Below are positions 45,950-59,200 of a stretch of DNA of 64,000 nucleotides, piece after piece. How positions within the stretch are numbered: the first letter of the stretch is position 1; the number at the start of each line of letters is the position of its first letter. The notes under the pieces are model-generated. The model saw only the letters and a list, made by a program, of their open reading frames with translations, made no database searches and had not been told where the DNA came from. Origin of the DNA: Mobula birostris (Eukaryota); contig NW_027278339.1 in the NCBI RefSeq assembly GCF_030028105.1, positions 62,001 through 126,000 on the forward strand, read 5' to 3'. Both the position numbers and the translations under genes were made by a program.

Positions 45950-47595
45950 ATAGCTTGTTTGGTTTCCTCGTCTGTCAGGCAGGTCTGATTCTCGGCGGGA
46001 CGGGGAAGGACGGGGGACTGAAGGGGACAGCGGCAGAGAGTTTTGTCTGTCAGGCTGGTCTGATTCTCTCTCTGGGTGAGGCAGGGAGGGGAGTAGAGGG
46101 GGAGAGATTTGGCATTCAGGGAGGGAGTAGAGGGAGGGGAGAGTTGGGACACGGAAATTCCAGGGTAGGTGCGTTTTGGGGGTGGATGCAGGTTTACAGG
46201 ATAATTCCAGAGCGGACTTTGGGACAGCGGGGCGCGGGGAGAGTGAGTTGGAATGGGCAGTTCAAGGTGGGGATCATTCTCACACTGAAGTTCACTGGCA
46301 GCAGCATCACAGGCGTCCGGGCACCAGAGCACAACATTCACAAGCACATCATCAACTCAACATAAACTCCACAACCCAGAGTGGAATTAAAACGAAAGCA
46401 GTCCATCATAGTGCAAAGGGTTGCTGAACTGAGGTAGTGATCAACGTGCAGATTGGTTCGAGAACCGAATGATTGAGAACCTGGTGGTGTGTGGGACTTC
46501 AGGTTTGTACCTCCTGCCCGACGGTAACTGTGAGAAGATGGCATGTCCCAGATGGTGAGGATCTTTGATAATACAAAACCCCCCATACGTCGATAGATGG
46601 CGGGGAGGGCTGGGTCTGCTACTCTCTGCACGTCCTTGCATTCCTGCACATTCAAACTACTGTATCGTACCATAATCTAACCACCGGGCAACTTCCACCT
46701 CCACCAGGGAACTGGGCCAGTGACCTGACGGTCAACAATCTGGTAGAGAACTTGGCTTCGGTACCACTGAGACATGTGGGGTATACAGAGGGACCCATGG
46801 GTCCGAGTGCAAGTGCCTGAACAGGTTGATAGGGTGGTAAGGAAAACATTACACTCGCTTGTAATGTTAGTTTAGGCATTGAGTTTGTGTTGCAGCTCTA
46901 TAATATTCTTGTTAGGACACATTCAGTTCCCAGGGCTGAGCAATGGGCTTGGACCCCAAGATCCCTCTGTACACCGACACTGTTAAGGGTCCAGCCATTA
47001 ACTATGTTCTGTCCCTTTACATTTGATCTCCCGAAATGCAACGCCTCACACTTGCCTGGATTTAACTCCATCTGCCATTTCTCCACACTGATCTGTAACC
47101 TGCCAATCCTCTGGCAGATTTCTACACTGTCCAAAACTCTGGCATTCATTGTATTGACTGCAACCTTACTAATCACCCATGTATGCTTTCATCCACATCA
47201 TTTATATCATGACAGCAGAGGTTCCAATGTGGATGCTTGCGGAACCCCACGGGTCACTATCATCCGGCCAGAATAAAAGTCCCATTAATCACGACCCTTT
47301 GTCTTCTGTGAACAAGCCAATTCTGAATCCAAGGGACTACGTCACTGTGAAGACTGTGAATTTTAATCTTCTGGATGAGCCTCCCATGAGGGACCTTGGC
47401 CATGTCCATGTCCATGTAGCTGTCCAGCAGCGTTGCACCCCTTCCTACAGAGCAGAGCTTCTTTGCCATCCCCCCACATTTCCGGCTCACCCTACTGCCC
47501 AAGGTACTCCATCATCACTGCCCTCCCCTCCCCTTGCCCCGGGGTGTGCAGAGGCAGACGGCAGTGAAGCACAAGACAACAGGCAGAACAGGTTC

Positions 47596-47601
47596 TTTAT
47601 T
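47596..47601 (-). terminator. CMTM5-like polyadenylation signal
   Basis: AATAAA on the minus strand about 245 nt after the stop. Confidence 0.7.
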
Positions 47602-47845
47602 ACAACACTGATACAAAACAACGTAGATGTCAGTGGGAGAACAGGGAAGCATGAGGAGGCTGCTGACAGGCTTAGGGTAACACACAAGCATCTCCTACAG
47701 TGAGGGCTCAGTCCGGAGGGCGGCTCAGGGAGAAGAGCAAGCATAAAGGGTGCCAGTGGGGAATTCTCACACACGTGCGCCGCGTGGGCCCTTCCTTGGA
47801 CCCAGGTCAGGAAGCACAGGTCTCCAGGATGTTGAAGACTGTAGC

Positions 47846-50800
47846 TCAGGCACTCTCCTCAGCAGGTTCTGCGGAGAAAGGAAGGGAGATAATTAATCCA
47901 ACACAGACTACATCTGAGAGCACACAATCAGAGTGTGCTGGGGGTGAGGGGCAGTGTGAGGGAGCTGGATTAACGTCAGTGACATGGCACTGGGGGAGAG
48001 CAGTTACTGTCCTGTGTGAATAATTACTCACTGTGAGAGTCTCCCTTACCCTGGCTAGTGGTCTGTTCAGCGAGCACTGTCCTGTACAGATCGTAGGCAT
48101 CATACATCAATACACCCGTCAGAAAGAATCCGAAAACCTGTAATCAAAAATAAATGCTTTTGTCCAACCCTGGGAGTGTGTGATGGACAGTGCAGTGGCA
48201 GATTCACTCTGTGTCCGACCTCGGGAGCATGTGATGGGACGGTGTGGAGGGAGTTTCACTCTGTGTCTGACCCCAGGAGTGTGTGATGGGACGGTGTGGA
48301 GGGAGCCTCACGCTGTGTCTGACCCTGGAAGTGTGTGATGGGAAAGTGTGGAGGGAGCTTCACTGTGTGTCTGACCCCGGGAGTGTGTGATGGGACGGTG
48401 TGGAGGGAGTTTCACTCTGTCTGACCCCGGGAGTGTGTGGTGGGATGGTGTGGAGGGAGTTTCACTCTGTCTGACCCCGGGAGTGTGTGATGGGATGGTG
48501 TGGAGGGAGTTTCACTCTGTGTCTGACCCCGGGAGTGTGTGGAGGGAGCCTCACTGTGTGTTTGACCCCATGAGTGTGCTTTGGGACTGTGACGGAAGCC
48601 TCACTCTGTGTCTGTGGGATGAGACGATGCAGAGGGAGGTTCACTATGTGTCAACCTCAGGAGTGTGTGATTGGGTGGTGGGATGAGCTGGTGTTTTGGG
48701 ACAGTGATGGGAGCCTCACTCTTCCCACTTACTGCAGCCGCTGCCATTCCTGACCCTCCACTCCGAACAGACGAGATGATGGAGAGAATGAGGAAAATGA
48801 GGGCTGAGATGACAGCTCGCACGAAGTCCTGAGGGAGGACAAGAAATTAATGTTAGTTCTGGATCCCGTGTAATCTAACCTTCTAAATCAGCCTGCTGCG
48901 AGGAACCTTGTCGAGTCCATATGGATAATATCAACCACCCTACCCTCCTGGTTCCTTCCTCAAGGAACTCCAAGAGATTTGGTCGGACGCAACTTCCCAC
49001 ACACACAGTTGTGTTGGCTGTCCCAAACCAGGCCCTGTCCATCAGAATCCCCTCTCTCAACTTACCCACCACCAACGTCAGACTCATTGGCCTTCTGTTT
49101 CCTGGCTTGTTTTTGCGACCCTCTTTAAGCAATGGTACCACATTAGCCACTCTCCACTCACCCAGAACCTCACCTGTGGCCAGAGGTGAAGCAAAAATCT
49201 CCACAAGGGTCTCCACGATTTCTTCAGCTTCCCACAAGCCTCGAGAATGCACCAGGTCAGGGCCTGAGGATTTACCCACCTAATAGACTTTAAGGTCTCC
49301 AGTACTTCCTCCCTCCTAATCTGTGTGTACCCAAGATGCCACCCATTCACTCCCTGAGCTTCCATTGTTCTCTCCACAGTAAAAACTGAAGAGAAATGCT
49401 CATTAGAAAATCTCTGCCATGTCCTTCAGTTCCACATGCAGACAGCCATGCTGATCTCTTGAATTTTGCCTCACCTATGCCTGACAGATAAGACCACAAG
49501 ATATAGGATCAGAATTCAGCCATTTAGCCCATCGAGTCTGCTCTGCCATTTTATCATGGTTGATCCAATTCTCCTCTCAGCCCCAATCTCCTGCCTTCTC
49601 CCCATATTCCTTCGTGCCCTGACCAAATGAGAGCCTATCAACCTCTGCCTTAAATATATCCAATGACTTGGCCTCCACAGCTGTCTGTGGCAACGAATTC
49701 CACAGATTCACCAACCTCTGGCTAAAGAAATTCCTCCTCATCTGCATTCTAAATGGACGCCCCTCTACTCTGAGGCTGTGTCCTCTGGTCTTGGAGTCTC
49801 CCACAAAAGGAAACATCCTCTCCACATCTACTATCAAGGCCTTTCACCTTTTGAGAGATTTTAATGAGGTCACCCCTCATTTTTCTGAATTACAGTGAAT
49901 ACAGGCCCAGAGCCATCAAACACTCCTCATAAAGACAAGCCTTTCAATCCTGGAATCATTTTTGTGAAACTCCTTTGAACCTTCTCCAATGTCAGCACAT
50001 CCTTTCTTAGATAAGGGGCCTAAAACTGCTCACCGTACTCCAAGTGAGGCCTCACTAGTGCCTTATAAATCCTCAAAATTACATCCTTGCTTTTATATTC
50101 TAGCCTGGAAACGAATGCTAACATCGCATTATCTTCCTGACCACAGGCTCAACCTGCAAATTAACCTCCAGGGAATCCTGCACAAGGATTCCCAAATCCC
50201 TTTGTACCTCAGATCTTTGTATTTCCTCACCATTTAGAAAATAGTCAACCCTTTCTACCCAGATCCATACCATAGCCTTGTTCTCTCCTAACTTCTCTCC
50301 TCAGTGCACTCCTCCACTTCCTGCAACCATTGAGAGATTCTCTTGACCCAACTACCTCCACCCAACATATGCCTCCTTTTTCCCAACCGGAGCCTCAGTA
50401 TCTCCTGTCAGCTTGGGTTCCCTAAACCTGCCACCCTTGGCCTTCATCCCGCTGGAATACTGTATTCCAGGATTTCAAAAACGCATCTTTAAAAGCCTCC
50501 CACTTTCCAGTCGTACCTTGACCCATAAAGAGTTTAACCCAATTGACCCTGGCAAGATCCTATCCAGTGCTTCTAAAATTGGTCTCAAGTTTAGCGGCTT
50601 AACCTGTGACATTTTAAAATTAATAGAATTGTCATTGGACTCAAAGTAGTTCCTGACTTGCACAACAGATATAGAACATAGAACAGTACAGGCCCTTTGG
50701 CCCACAACGTTGTGCTGACCTTTTAACCCACTCTAAGATCAATTTAACTCTTCCCTGTCACATCATCCTCCGTTTTCCTTTCATCTATGGGCCCATCTAA

Positions 50801-53065
50801 GAGTCCCTTAAATGCCCCTAATTTATCTGCCTCTACCCCCAGCCCTGGCACCGTTCCCACCCACCCATCACTCTCTGGGTACCTACCTGACATTCCTCCC
50901 CCTATACTTTCTTCAATCACATTAAAATTACGTCCTCTCATATTAGGAATTCCCACCCCTGGGAAAGGGCACTGGTTGTCCACTCTATCAATTCCTCTTT
51001 ATCTTGTACTCCTGTACCTTGTCCTCCTCCGCTCTAAAGAGAAAAGCCCTAGCTCGCTCAAACTTAAAACTTGCTCGTTAATCCAGGCAGCGTTCTGGTG
51101 AATCTCCTCTGCACCCTCTCAAAAGCTTCCACGTCCTTCCTATAATGAGGTGGCCAGTCTGAACACAAGTGTGGTCTAACTAGTTTCATAGAGCTGCAAC
51201 ATTAGCTGGTGTCTCTTGAACTCAGTCCCCTGATTACTGAAGGCCAACACACCATATACTTTCTTAACCATCCTGTTAACTTGTGCAGCAACCTTGAGGG
51301 ATCTGTGGACATGGACCCCAAGATCTCTCTGTAGCCTCAGACTAAGAATCCTACTTTTAACCGTAATTTTCTTTCAATTTGAGCTTCCAAAGTGGTTTCA
51401 CTTCACACTTCTCCAGATGGAGTCCAGAACCATATCCAGAGACACTAATAATGCTTTTCTCAGATTCAATCCCTCTCCTTCTGACAGTAACCTCACTCTC
51501 CCTGCGTGGTATCACTGACTGTATTCAGCCCCAGCTCCCTCACACCATCCCTCAGTGACCCCTCTCCCCCAGGGCCCTGTGTCACTGACTGTATCCCCAC
51601 TGTTGTTAATCCAGCTCCCTCACACCATCCCTCAGTGACCCCTCTCCCCCAGTGCCCTGTATCACTGACTGTATCCCCACTGACATTAATCCAGCCCCCT
51701 CACACCATCCCTCAGTGACCCCTCTCCCCCAGTGCCCTGTATCACTGACTGTATCCCCACTGACATTAATCCAGCTCCCTCACACCATCCCTCAGTGACC
51801 CTCTCCCTCAGCACCCTGTGTCACTGACTGTATCCCCACTGACATTAATCCAGCTCCCTCACACCATCCCTCAGTGACCCTCTCCCTCAGCACCCTGTGT
51901 CACTGACTGTATCCCCACTGACATTAATCCAGCTCCCTCAGACCGTCCCTCAGTGACCCCTGTCCCCATGTGCCTTGTCACTGACTGTATCCCCACTGTT
52001 GTTAATCCAGCTCCCTCACACTCTCTGTGACCCCTCTCCCCCAGCGCCGTGTCACTGACTGTATCCCCATTGACATTAATCCAGCTCCCTCCCACTATCC
52101 CTCACTGACCCCTCTCCCCAACGCCGTGTCACTGACTGTATCCCCACTGACATTAATCCAGCTCCCTCAGACAGTCCCTCAGTGACCCCTCTCCGCCAGC
52201 GCCGTGTCACTGACTGTATCCCCACTGATGTTAATCCAGTCCCCTCACACTGTCCCTCAGTGACCCCTCACCCCATGTGCCTTGTCACTGACTGTATCCC
52301 CACTGACATTAATCCAGCTCCCCCACGCCATTCCTCAATGGCTGAGCTCCCCCCTCACTCCCACCCCTCCCCACCAGCTCTCACCGTGGTGGGCCAGCTG
52401 AGGCCAGCGAGTTTTTGGTGGTAGCGGGTGAGATAGACGCAGAGGAAGCAGATGTTGAGGATGAGGAAGAGGAGGGGGGCGGTGAGGAATGCCGTGTCTG
52501 ACGCCGCGTAGCAGACGAACAGCAGAAACAGGAGGATCTGCCGGAGGGAGAGAGGGAGAGAGGTTAGACTTGTCTCTGCGTGCGCAGTCCGATCCCACAG
52601 TACACAGTCTGATCCCAGAGTGCACAGTCTGATCCCACAATGCACAGACTGATCCCAGAGTGCACAGTACAATCCCACAGTGCAGACTGGTGCCAGAGTG
52701 CACAGTCCGATCCCACAGTACACAGACTGGTCCCAGCGTGCACAGTCCGATCCCAGAGTGCGCAGTCCGATCCCACAGTACACAGTCCGATTCCAGGGTC
52801 TCACTGGTAAACAGTTCAATCCCAAGTCCTGCCCCAGGGTAGTCGGATGCGAAACCACCCACCGTAAAAGTCAATCTCAGGGTTAGATGCCCCACCTCCC
52901 TGCACAATCCGATCTCACAGCCACCCACACTCCCCGCACAGACCGATCCTACGCGTTTACCATCTCGACAGCCAGGATGATCCCGCGCCGGGACTTGAGG
53001 AAAACCCCGTGTCGGCGGAGCGTGGAGAGCGGAGAATCCGCCGGCTCCGCCTGAGATCCCGGCAT
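47846..53065 (-). CDS. CMTM5: CMTM5-like CKLF/MARVEL four-transmembrane protein, 5 exons, 154 aa
   Basis: complement(join 52961-53065, 52385-52537, 48733-48828, 48050-48137, 47846-47868): MPGSQ...FLKSRRGIILAVEM/ILLFLLFVCYAAS...LSWPTT/DFVRAVIS...AAAA/VFGFFLTGVLMYDAYDLYRT...SQ/EPAEESA*. Exon structure and motifs are CMTM-type; paralogue assigned from the YDA...YRT tail and proximity to NGDN. Confidence 0.8.
48875..51400 (-). mobile_element. CR1 LINE fragments in CMTM5-like intron 2
   Basis: WRVANVVPLLK; VERMFPFVGDSKTRGHSLRVEGRPF...LWNSLPQ. Confidence 0.85.
51510..52330. repeat. ~80-bp minisatellite; a separate ~19-bp array lies at 52580-52800
   Basis: ATCACTGACTGTATCCCCACTGACATTAATCCAGCTCCCTCACACC... 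recurs with an 80-bp period (51661, 51741). Confidence 0.92.
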
Positions 53066-53650
53066 CTTGGAGCCGGCGGCGAGCCGGACGTCCGGGGTTT
53101 GTGGATTCCCTGAGTTTACAGATCGTCCTGGAGTTTCTGAAACGTCTCGCAGTCTGCGGATTCCCGACGTTTGTGGAGAATTCGTTCACTTTGCGAAGGG
53201 GAGCGTCCACTGTTTGCGGAATGCCGTTAAACTTGCAGAGGGTCGCGGATCGTCCGCGCTCGGCTCCAGCCGGGATCACCGCCCTTTTCCTGGGATGTCC
53301 CGCCGGAGGGAGAGCGGCGAATCAGGAGCAGGAGGGGGAGGGGGCCGTGGGGAAAGGCGAGGGGGTAAGTTGAAGTCTTCTCCGGGACCGATGTAACCCC
53401 GGCTCCCGAATCAGTCCCGTTCCTCCCCCACCCCCTCCGCCGGCCCCTTTAGAGAGCGATGCCGAGCTGTGCCAGCCTCCGCGGAAGGGGGGCGAACAGA
53501 GGCACCATTGATGCTGCGGGCCGGGGAGGGGGGGCCAAGCGAACACTGGAGAAAGGCCCGGCTCAGTCGCAGCAGCGCCGCCCTCTCCGCGGGCAGCCGT
53601 CCCTCACCCACCCCGGCTCCAGGAACCGCTGCGACCCTCCGGGGTCGTGT
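52930..53650 (-). promoter_or_regulatory. CpG island over CMTM5-like exon 1 and promoter
   Basis: High CpG density relative to flanks, surrounding the ATG at 53065. Confidence 0.65.
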
Positions 53651-53679
53651 CTGTGTATCTCTCTGTCTCTGACGGCCGA

Positions 53680-54610
53680 GCACTGAAAACCTGGGCAGTT
53701 CTGGCCGGAGCGTTCACTGAGATTTTTAACCTCTCGCTCCGGCAGCCCGAGGGATCCACCTGCTTCAAACAGGCTTCAGTTACACCGGCGCCGAAGGAGA
53801 ACGCGGTGACCTGCCTCAACGACTATTGTCCACTCGCACTTAAATACACAGTGATTAAGTGCTTTGAGAGGTTGGTGATGAAACACATCAGCTCCTGCCT
53901 GAGAAGCGGCGTGGATCCGCTCCAGTTTGCCTCCCGGAGCAACAGGCCCACAGCAAGTGCCGTCTCACTGGTTCTTCACCCAACCCTGGAACATCTGGAC
54001 AGCAAAGACGCAAAACATCAGGATGCTCTTTATCAGCTACAGCTCAGCATTCAATACCGTCATCCCCTCAAAACTAATCGATAAACTCTCACACGTTGGC
54101 CTCAGCACCTCCCTGTGCAATTGCATCTTGGATTTCCTCACTTGCAGACCTCACTCAGTTGGGATTGGCAACAACGTCTCCTCCACCATCTCCATCAGCA
54201 CAGGTCCACCACCGGGCTGTGTGCTTATCCCCCTGCTCGACTCGCTTTACACCCAAGTGCAGCTCCAACACCATTAACAAGTTGCTGACTACAACACCGC
54301 CTTAGGCCAAATCAAAGGTGGTAAAGCAACACACATCAAAGTTGCTGGTGAACGCAGCAGGCCAAGCAGCATCTGTAGGAAGAGGTGCAGTGGACGTTTC
54401 AGGCCGAGACCTTTCGTCAGGACTACAAAGGTGGTGAAGAATCAGTCTACAGGAAGGAGACTGAAAACCCGGCCGAGTGGTTCCACGACACCCTCTCACT
54501 CAGTGTCAGCAAGGCCAAGGATCTGATCCAAGAGGAGGAAACCAGAGGTGGTGAGGGTCAGCAACTTTAAATTCCTCAGTGGGCCTGACCTGGGCCCAGC
54601 AAGTAAATGC
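53680..54610 (+). mobile_element. Rex1/Babar-like LINE RT fragment
   Basis: LAGAFTEIFNLSL...CFKQASVTPAPK...CLNDYCPLAL...KCFERLV...DPLQFA; [16 protein letters not shown]. Confidence 0.85.
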
Positions 54611-55949
54611 GATTAGATTAGATTATGAGGACTCGCAGTCCTCGTTTATTGTCATTTAGTAATGCATGCATTAAGAAATGATACAATGTTTTTCCAGAAT
54701 GATATCACAGAAACACAAGACAAACCGACTTTAAAAACTAACGATAACCACATAATTATAACATATAGTTACAACAGTGCAAAGCAATACTGTACTTTGA
54801 TAAGAATGGACCATGGGCACGGTAAAAGTCTCTCGAAAGTCCCATCATCTCACGCAGACGGTGAACCTCCAGCGCCGCAGACTTGCCGATGCAGCATCCG
54901 ACCACAGTCCGACTCCGAGTCCGTCTGAAAACTCCGAGCCTCCGACCAGCTCTCCGACACCGAGCACCATCTCTGCCAAGCACTTCAACCTCGGTAACAG
55001 GCAAAGCCGAGGATTTGGGGCCTTCCCCTCCGAGATTCTCGATCACACAGTAGCATCGGCAGCGAAGCAGGCATTTCAGAAGTTACTCCAGCTGTTCCTC
55101 ACGTCTGTCTCCATCAAATCCGGATTGTGCACGGCCCCCTAGTTAACACATATCGATATCAATTCGGAACGGCCGTGCGCGCTGCCATCTTCTCCCTCCG
55201 GGAAAGCACGACAGCACCTTGACTTCGTTAGAAGTTTGCGAAGATTCAGCATGAAATCTAAAACTTTGATAAACTTCTATAGATGTGTGGTGGAGTTTAT
55301 TGACTGGTTGCTTCACGACCTGGCATAGAGACACCAATGCCCTTGAACAGAAAATCCTACAAAAAGAAATTAGTGGATACGGCCTAGTCTGTCACAGGTA
55401 AAGCCCTCCCCACCATTGAGCACGTCTACATGAAGTGTTGTCACAGGAAAGCAGCATCCATCATCAGGGACCCCCAGCACCCAGGACATGCTCTACAGGA
55501 GCCTTAGGACTCACACCACCAGGTTCAGGAACAGTTACTACCCCTCAACCATCAGGCTCTTGCACCAGAGGGGATAACTTCACTCAGCTGTTTCCAAATT
55601 TCACTTTCAAGGCCTCTTCCTCTCACATTCACGATATTTATTTATTCATTTTGTACTAACACAGTCTTTCAGACACCTGTTAACGCCCAAGTTGATGCAG
55701 TTTCTCATCGACTCCGTTTTGGTTATTATTCTATAGATTTATTGAGCGTGCCTGCAAGAAAATGAACCTCAGCGTTGGAAATGGTGACGTATATGTACTT
55801 CGATCTCTCTCTCTCTCCCACCAACCATCCCCGCCATCCATCTGCATTTCCTTCTGCTTTCCTCCCTCTCTCTCCCTGTATATCTGCCTATATCCATGCG
55901 TCCGCACCCCTGTACAATAAACAGGCACCAACTGAGAGTGTGTTAAGAT

Positions 55950-55955
55950 TTTATT
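55950..55955 (-). terminator. NGDN polyadenylation signal
   Basis: AATAAA on the minus strand about 290 nt after the stop. Confidence 0.7.
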
Positions 55956-56247
55956 CCAAAAGAGTGAACGTAGCACACAGAGGTCATGATTCACCCGACG
56001 GTGGGGGCTGGGACAATGGGTAGAAAGGGGAAGGGGGTGGGAATGGGTAGGGAAGTCAGGGTGTAGAGGGTGAGGGAGATCTGGTTGATTGGAGGAAGAG
56101 GCCACAGGGAGATCCCAGCCTGTGAACTGGACGAGTGGGGCGTGGACGGTGATGATCAAACAGGCCCTGCATGCCCCGCTATCCCCCGCACTTCATCCGT
56201 CCGGATCGGGGCTGGTGTCTGCCCACAGTCTCAGTGGTGCCAGCCAG

Positions 56248-59200
56248 TCAGCGTCTGCGGAAGCCTGTGTTGGGAGAGAGAAGGGAGAGGGTGAGCATAG
56301 ACCAATCCCAGAGGCTGGGGCCAGGGAAGAGGAAGGGCAGGTGCCTCAGTCAGCAGAGAGAGAGCCTCAAGTTCCCAGAATGAACATCGAGTACTGTCCT
56401 GGTCCAACCGCGGCCAAGGATGTTTACCGACTTCCTCAGGAGGCTAATGCCCCGTTTGACCCTCACCAGCTCTTTACCAAAACACCACAGAAAGCATCTT
56501 GTCTGGATGAATCACGGCCCCGTCAGGCAGCTGCTCCCCCCGTGGCCGCAAGAAACAGTGGAGTGTGGACACAGCTCAACACATCACAGAAACCAGCCTC
56601 CCTCTTACAGACTCAGCCCACACCTCTCACTGCCTCAGTAAAGCAGCGGCGTTCACAAAGACCCCATCCACCCGGACATCCTCCCGTCTCTCCTCTCCCA
56701 TCCGGCAGAAGATACAAAGCCTGAAAGCACATCCCACCAGGCTCAGGGACAGCTCGTATCCCTCTTCTGTAAGACGATTAAAACGATTCCCCAGTACGAT
56801 ACGGTGGCGTGCGACTTCACACTCTACCTCGTTATGACCTTGCACCTTATTGTCTGCCTGGACCACTGGTAACACTTCATTCTGCTATAGTGTCACCCCA
56901 TCCCACCTCGACGCACCGACAAGCTCTGTGGACGGTACGTGGCCGTTTATCCCTCTACCTCAGGGGTCCCCAACCTTTTTAGCACCACGGACCGGTTTAA
57001 TATCGACAATATTCCTGCGGGGGGGTGTTCGAGTAGGGTTAAACTCACCTCAACATGTCTTTTACAGTTAGGGTTGCCAACTTTCTCACTCCCAAATAAG
57101 GGACAGAAGTAGCAGTCAAATCCCGGGACACTTCATCCCAGGAAAGACTACCATGACCATGAAGCCTTGTGCAGGCATGTATGCGCGTGTGTGTACGTGC
57201 TGATTTTTCTCCCCCACAAATCGGTTTTGCCTTCATCTTCCCGACTACACTGTACAGACTTTATATAGGCTGTGTATTTATCATGTCATTCCTGCTTTTA
57301 CTATATGTTAGTGTTATTTTCGGTTTTATGTGTTATTTGGTATGATTTGTTAGGTTATTTTTTGGGTCTGGGAATGCTCAAAAATTTTTTCCCATATAAA
57401 TTAATGGTAATTGCTTCTTCGCTTCACGCCATTTCGGCACGAAAGGGCTCATAGGAACGCTCTACCTTAGTGGGGGAAATACGGGACAAACCAATTTAGC
57501 CCAATATACGGGATGTCCCGGCAAATACGGGACAGTTGGCAACCCTATGTTCAAGTTCAACAGTGCGTGACGGAATGAGGAAAGGTGCAGCTGACTCGTA
57601 TCGTTTCCTCGCGGCCTGGTAGCACATGCTCTGCGGCCCGGTGGTTGGAGACCGCTGTCCTACCTCAGTACTGGTGACAACTGGCTGGTTAATCGGTAAA
57701 GCCGTACCCACCGGCTGGTTAATCGGTTACCTCGTTGCTTCTTCTTCTTGGTCCTCGCGGTGACTCTCTGCTTCTTTCTGACGGGTTCCGACTCCTGGGG
57801 CAGAGAATTGCAGCAGTTACCTCGCTGGCGAGGTGGGGAGGGGAGGGAAGGGGTGTGGGGGTGTCCAGGCGGGATGGGGTGTGGGTTGAGGGGGGGGGGG
57901 TGCTCACCGTCTCTCCAGTCAGGGCGGCAATGCTGCCGAAGTGGGTGAGGGAGCTGAGCTGGGAGCTCATGGCCAGCGAGCGGCTCTGGCGACGACGCTT
58001 CTCGGACCGCGGGACGTTCAACCGCACCATCATCGCCTCCTCGTACTGCACCCTGGAGGGGGGACAGAGAAAGGGTTAAGGCTTGGTTAAGACACCTGGC
58101 AGTCCCCCCCCACCTCGCTCCCACCCCATGCATCCCTCCCTCGTGACCCACTCTCATCCCCTCCTTCCCATCCGATATTCCTCCCTGTCTGCTCAACAAC
58201 CCAATGAAGACGATGTTAAACTCGTTCCCTGCTCCCTCCTCCTGTCCCCATTCTTCCCCCACCCACACAATGTCTCTCCAGCCACTCCCCAGTCTCTTCC
58301 TCACCCGCGTCAGTTCATTTTAAAACACACACAAAGAGCCGGGCTCTGCAGACGCCGGCGGGAAGAAGGATGCAGCGGGGGAGCGACAGAAGGGAAACGG
58401 GAATAATCCAGGTAATTCAATAGGCAGGTGAGCCTCGCGTCAGCTATTGGGAGAGGACACTGAGGGGCAGGATTTGTGCTCACAGACAGTCAAACGTGAT
58501 CGAGCTTCTCAAGGTGTCAAAGGAGCTCGGGAAGGCCAAGGCAGTGGACATTATCTAAGGTGCCTGACAGGGGTTCAGAAGATAACTCCACAGACTCACC
58601 AACCCCCAGCTGAAGAATTCCTCCTCATCGCAGCTCTAAAGGGTCGTCCCTTTCCCCGAGACTGTGCCCTCTGGTCCTACACTCCTCCACTAAAAGGAAA
58701 CATCCTCGCCACATCCACTCTATCCAGGCCTTTAAGTGTCTGGGAGATTCCACCTTCCTCGGAACTCACAAACAGACCCAGAGCCATCGAACACCCCTCA
58801 TACATCCAGCCTTTCGTTCCCGGAATCATTCACATCAACCTCCTCTGCCCCCTCCCTGGGGCCAGCACGTCCTTCCTCTGAAACAGGGCCCAAATCTTCT
58901 CCCAGTACCGCCTGATGGACACACTATAAAACCCCAGCCCCACCAATACCTCTCCTGTCCTCAGAGCCTGCAGCCAGCCCACCCAATCCCCCACGCCCTG
59001 GGTCCCCTCTCCCCCAAACCCCACCTACCCATCTCTCTCAGCTTCCCCACCCTACCTCCAACCCATCCCTCCATCACTTCCAGCAGCCGGTCAGGTCCTG
59101 GCGGCCCCTGCGCACTTCCCCTCCACCACCACCTTCCACATCTCCTCTAGAGGCATGGGCTAACGTTGCAGCTCTGCAAAACTCTGGTTAGACCACACTT

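Noticed and set aside
52335-53279. 314-aa minus-strand ORF
   Set aside because: Off-frame read-through of the GC-rich CMTM5-like exons 1-2 and an intronic 19-bp repeat.
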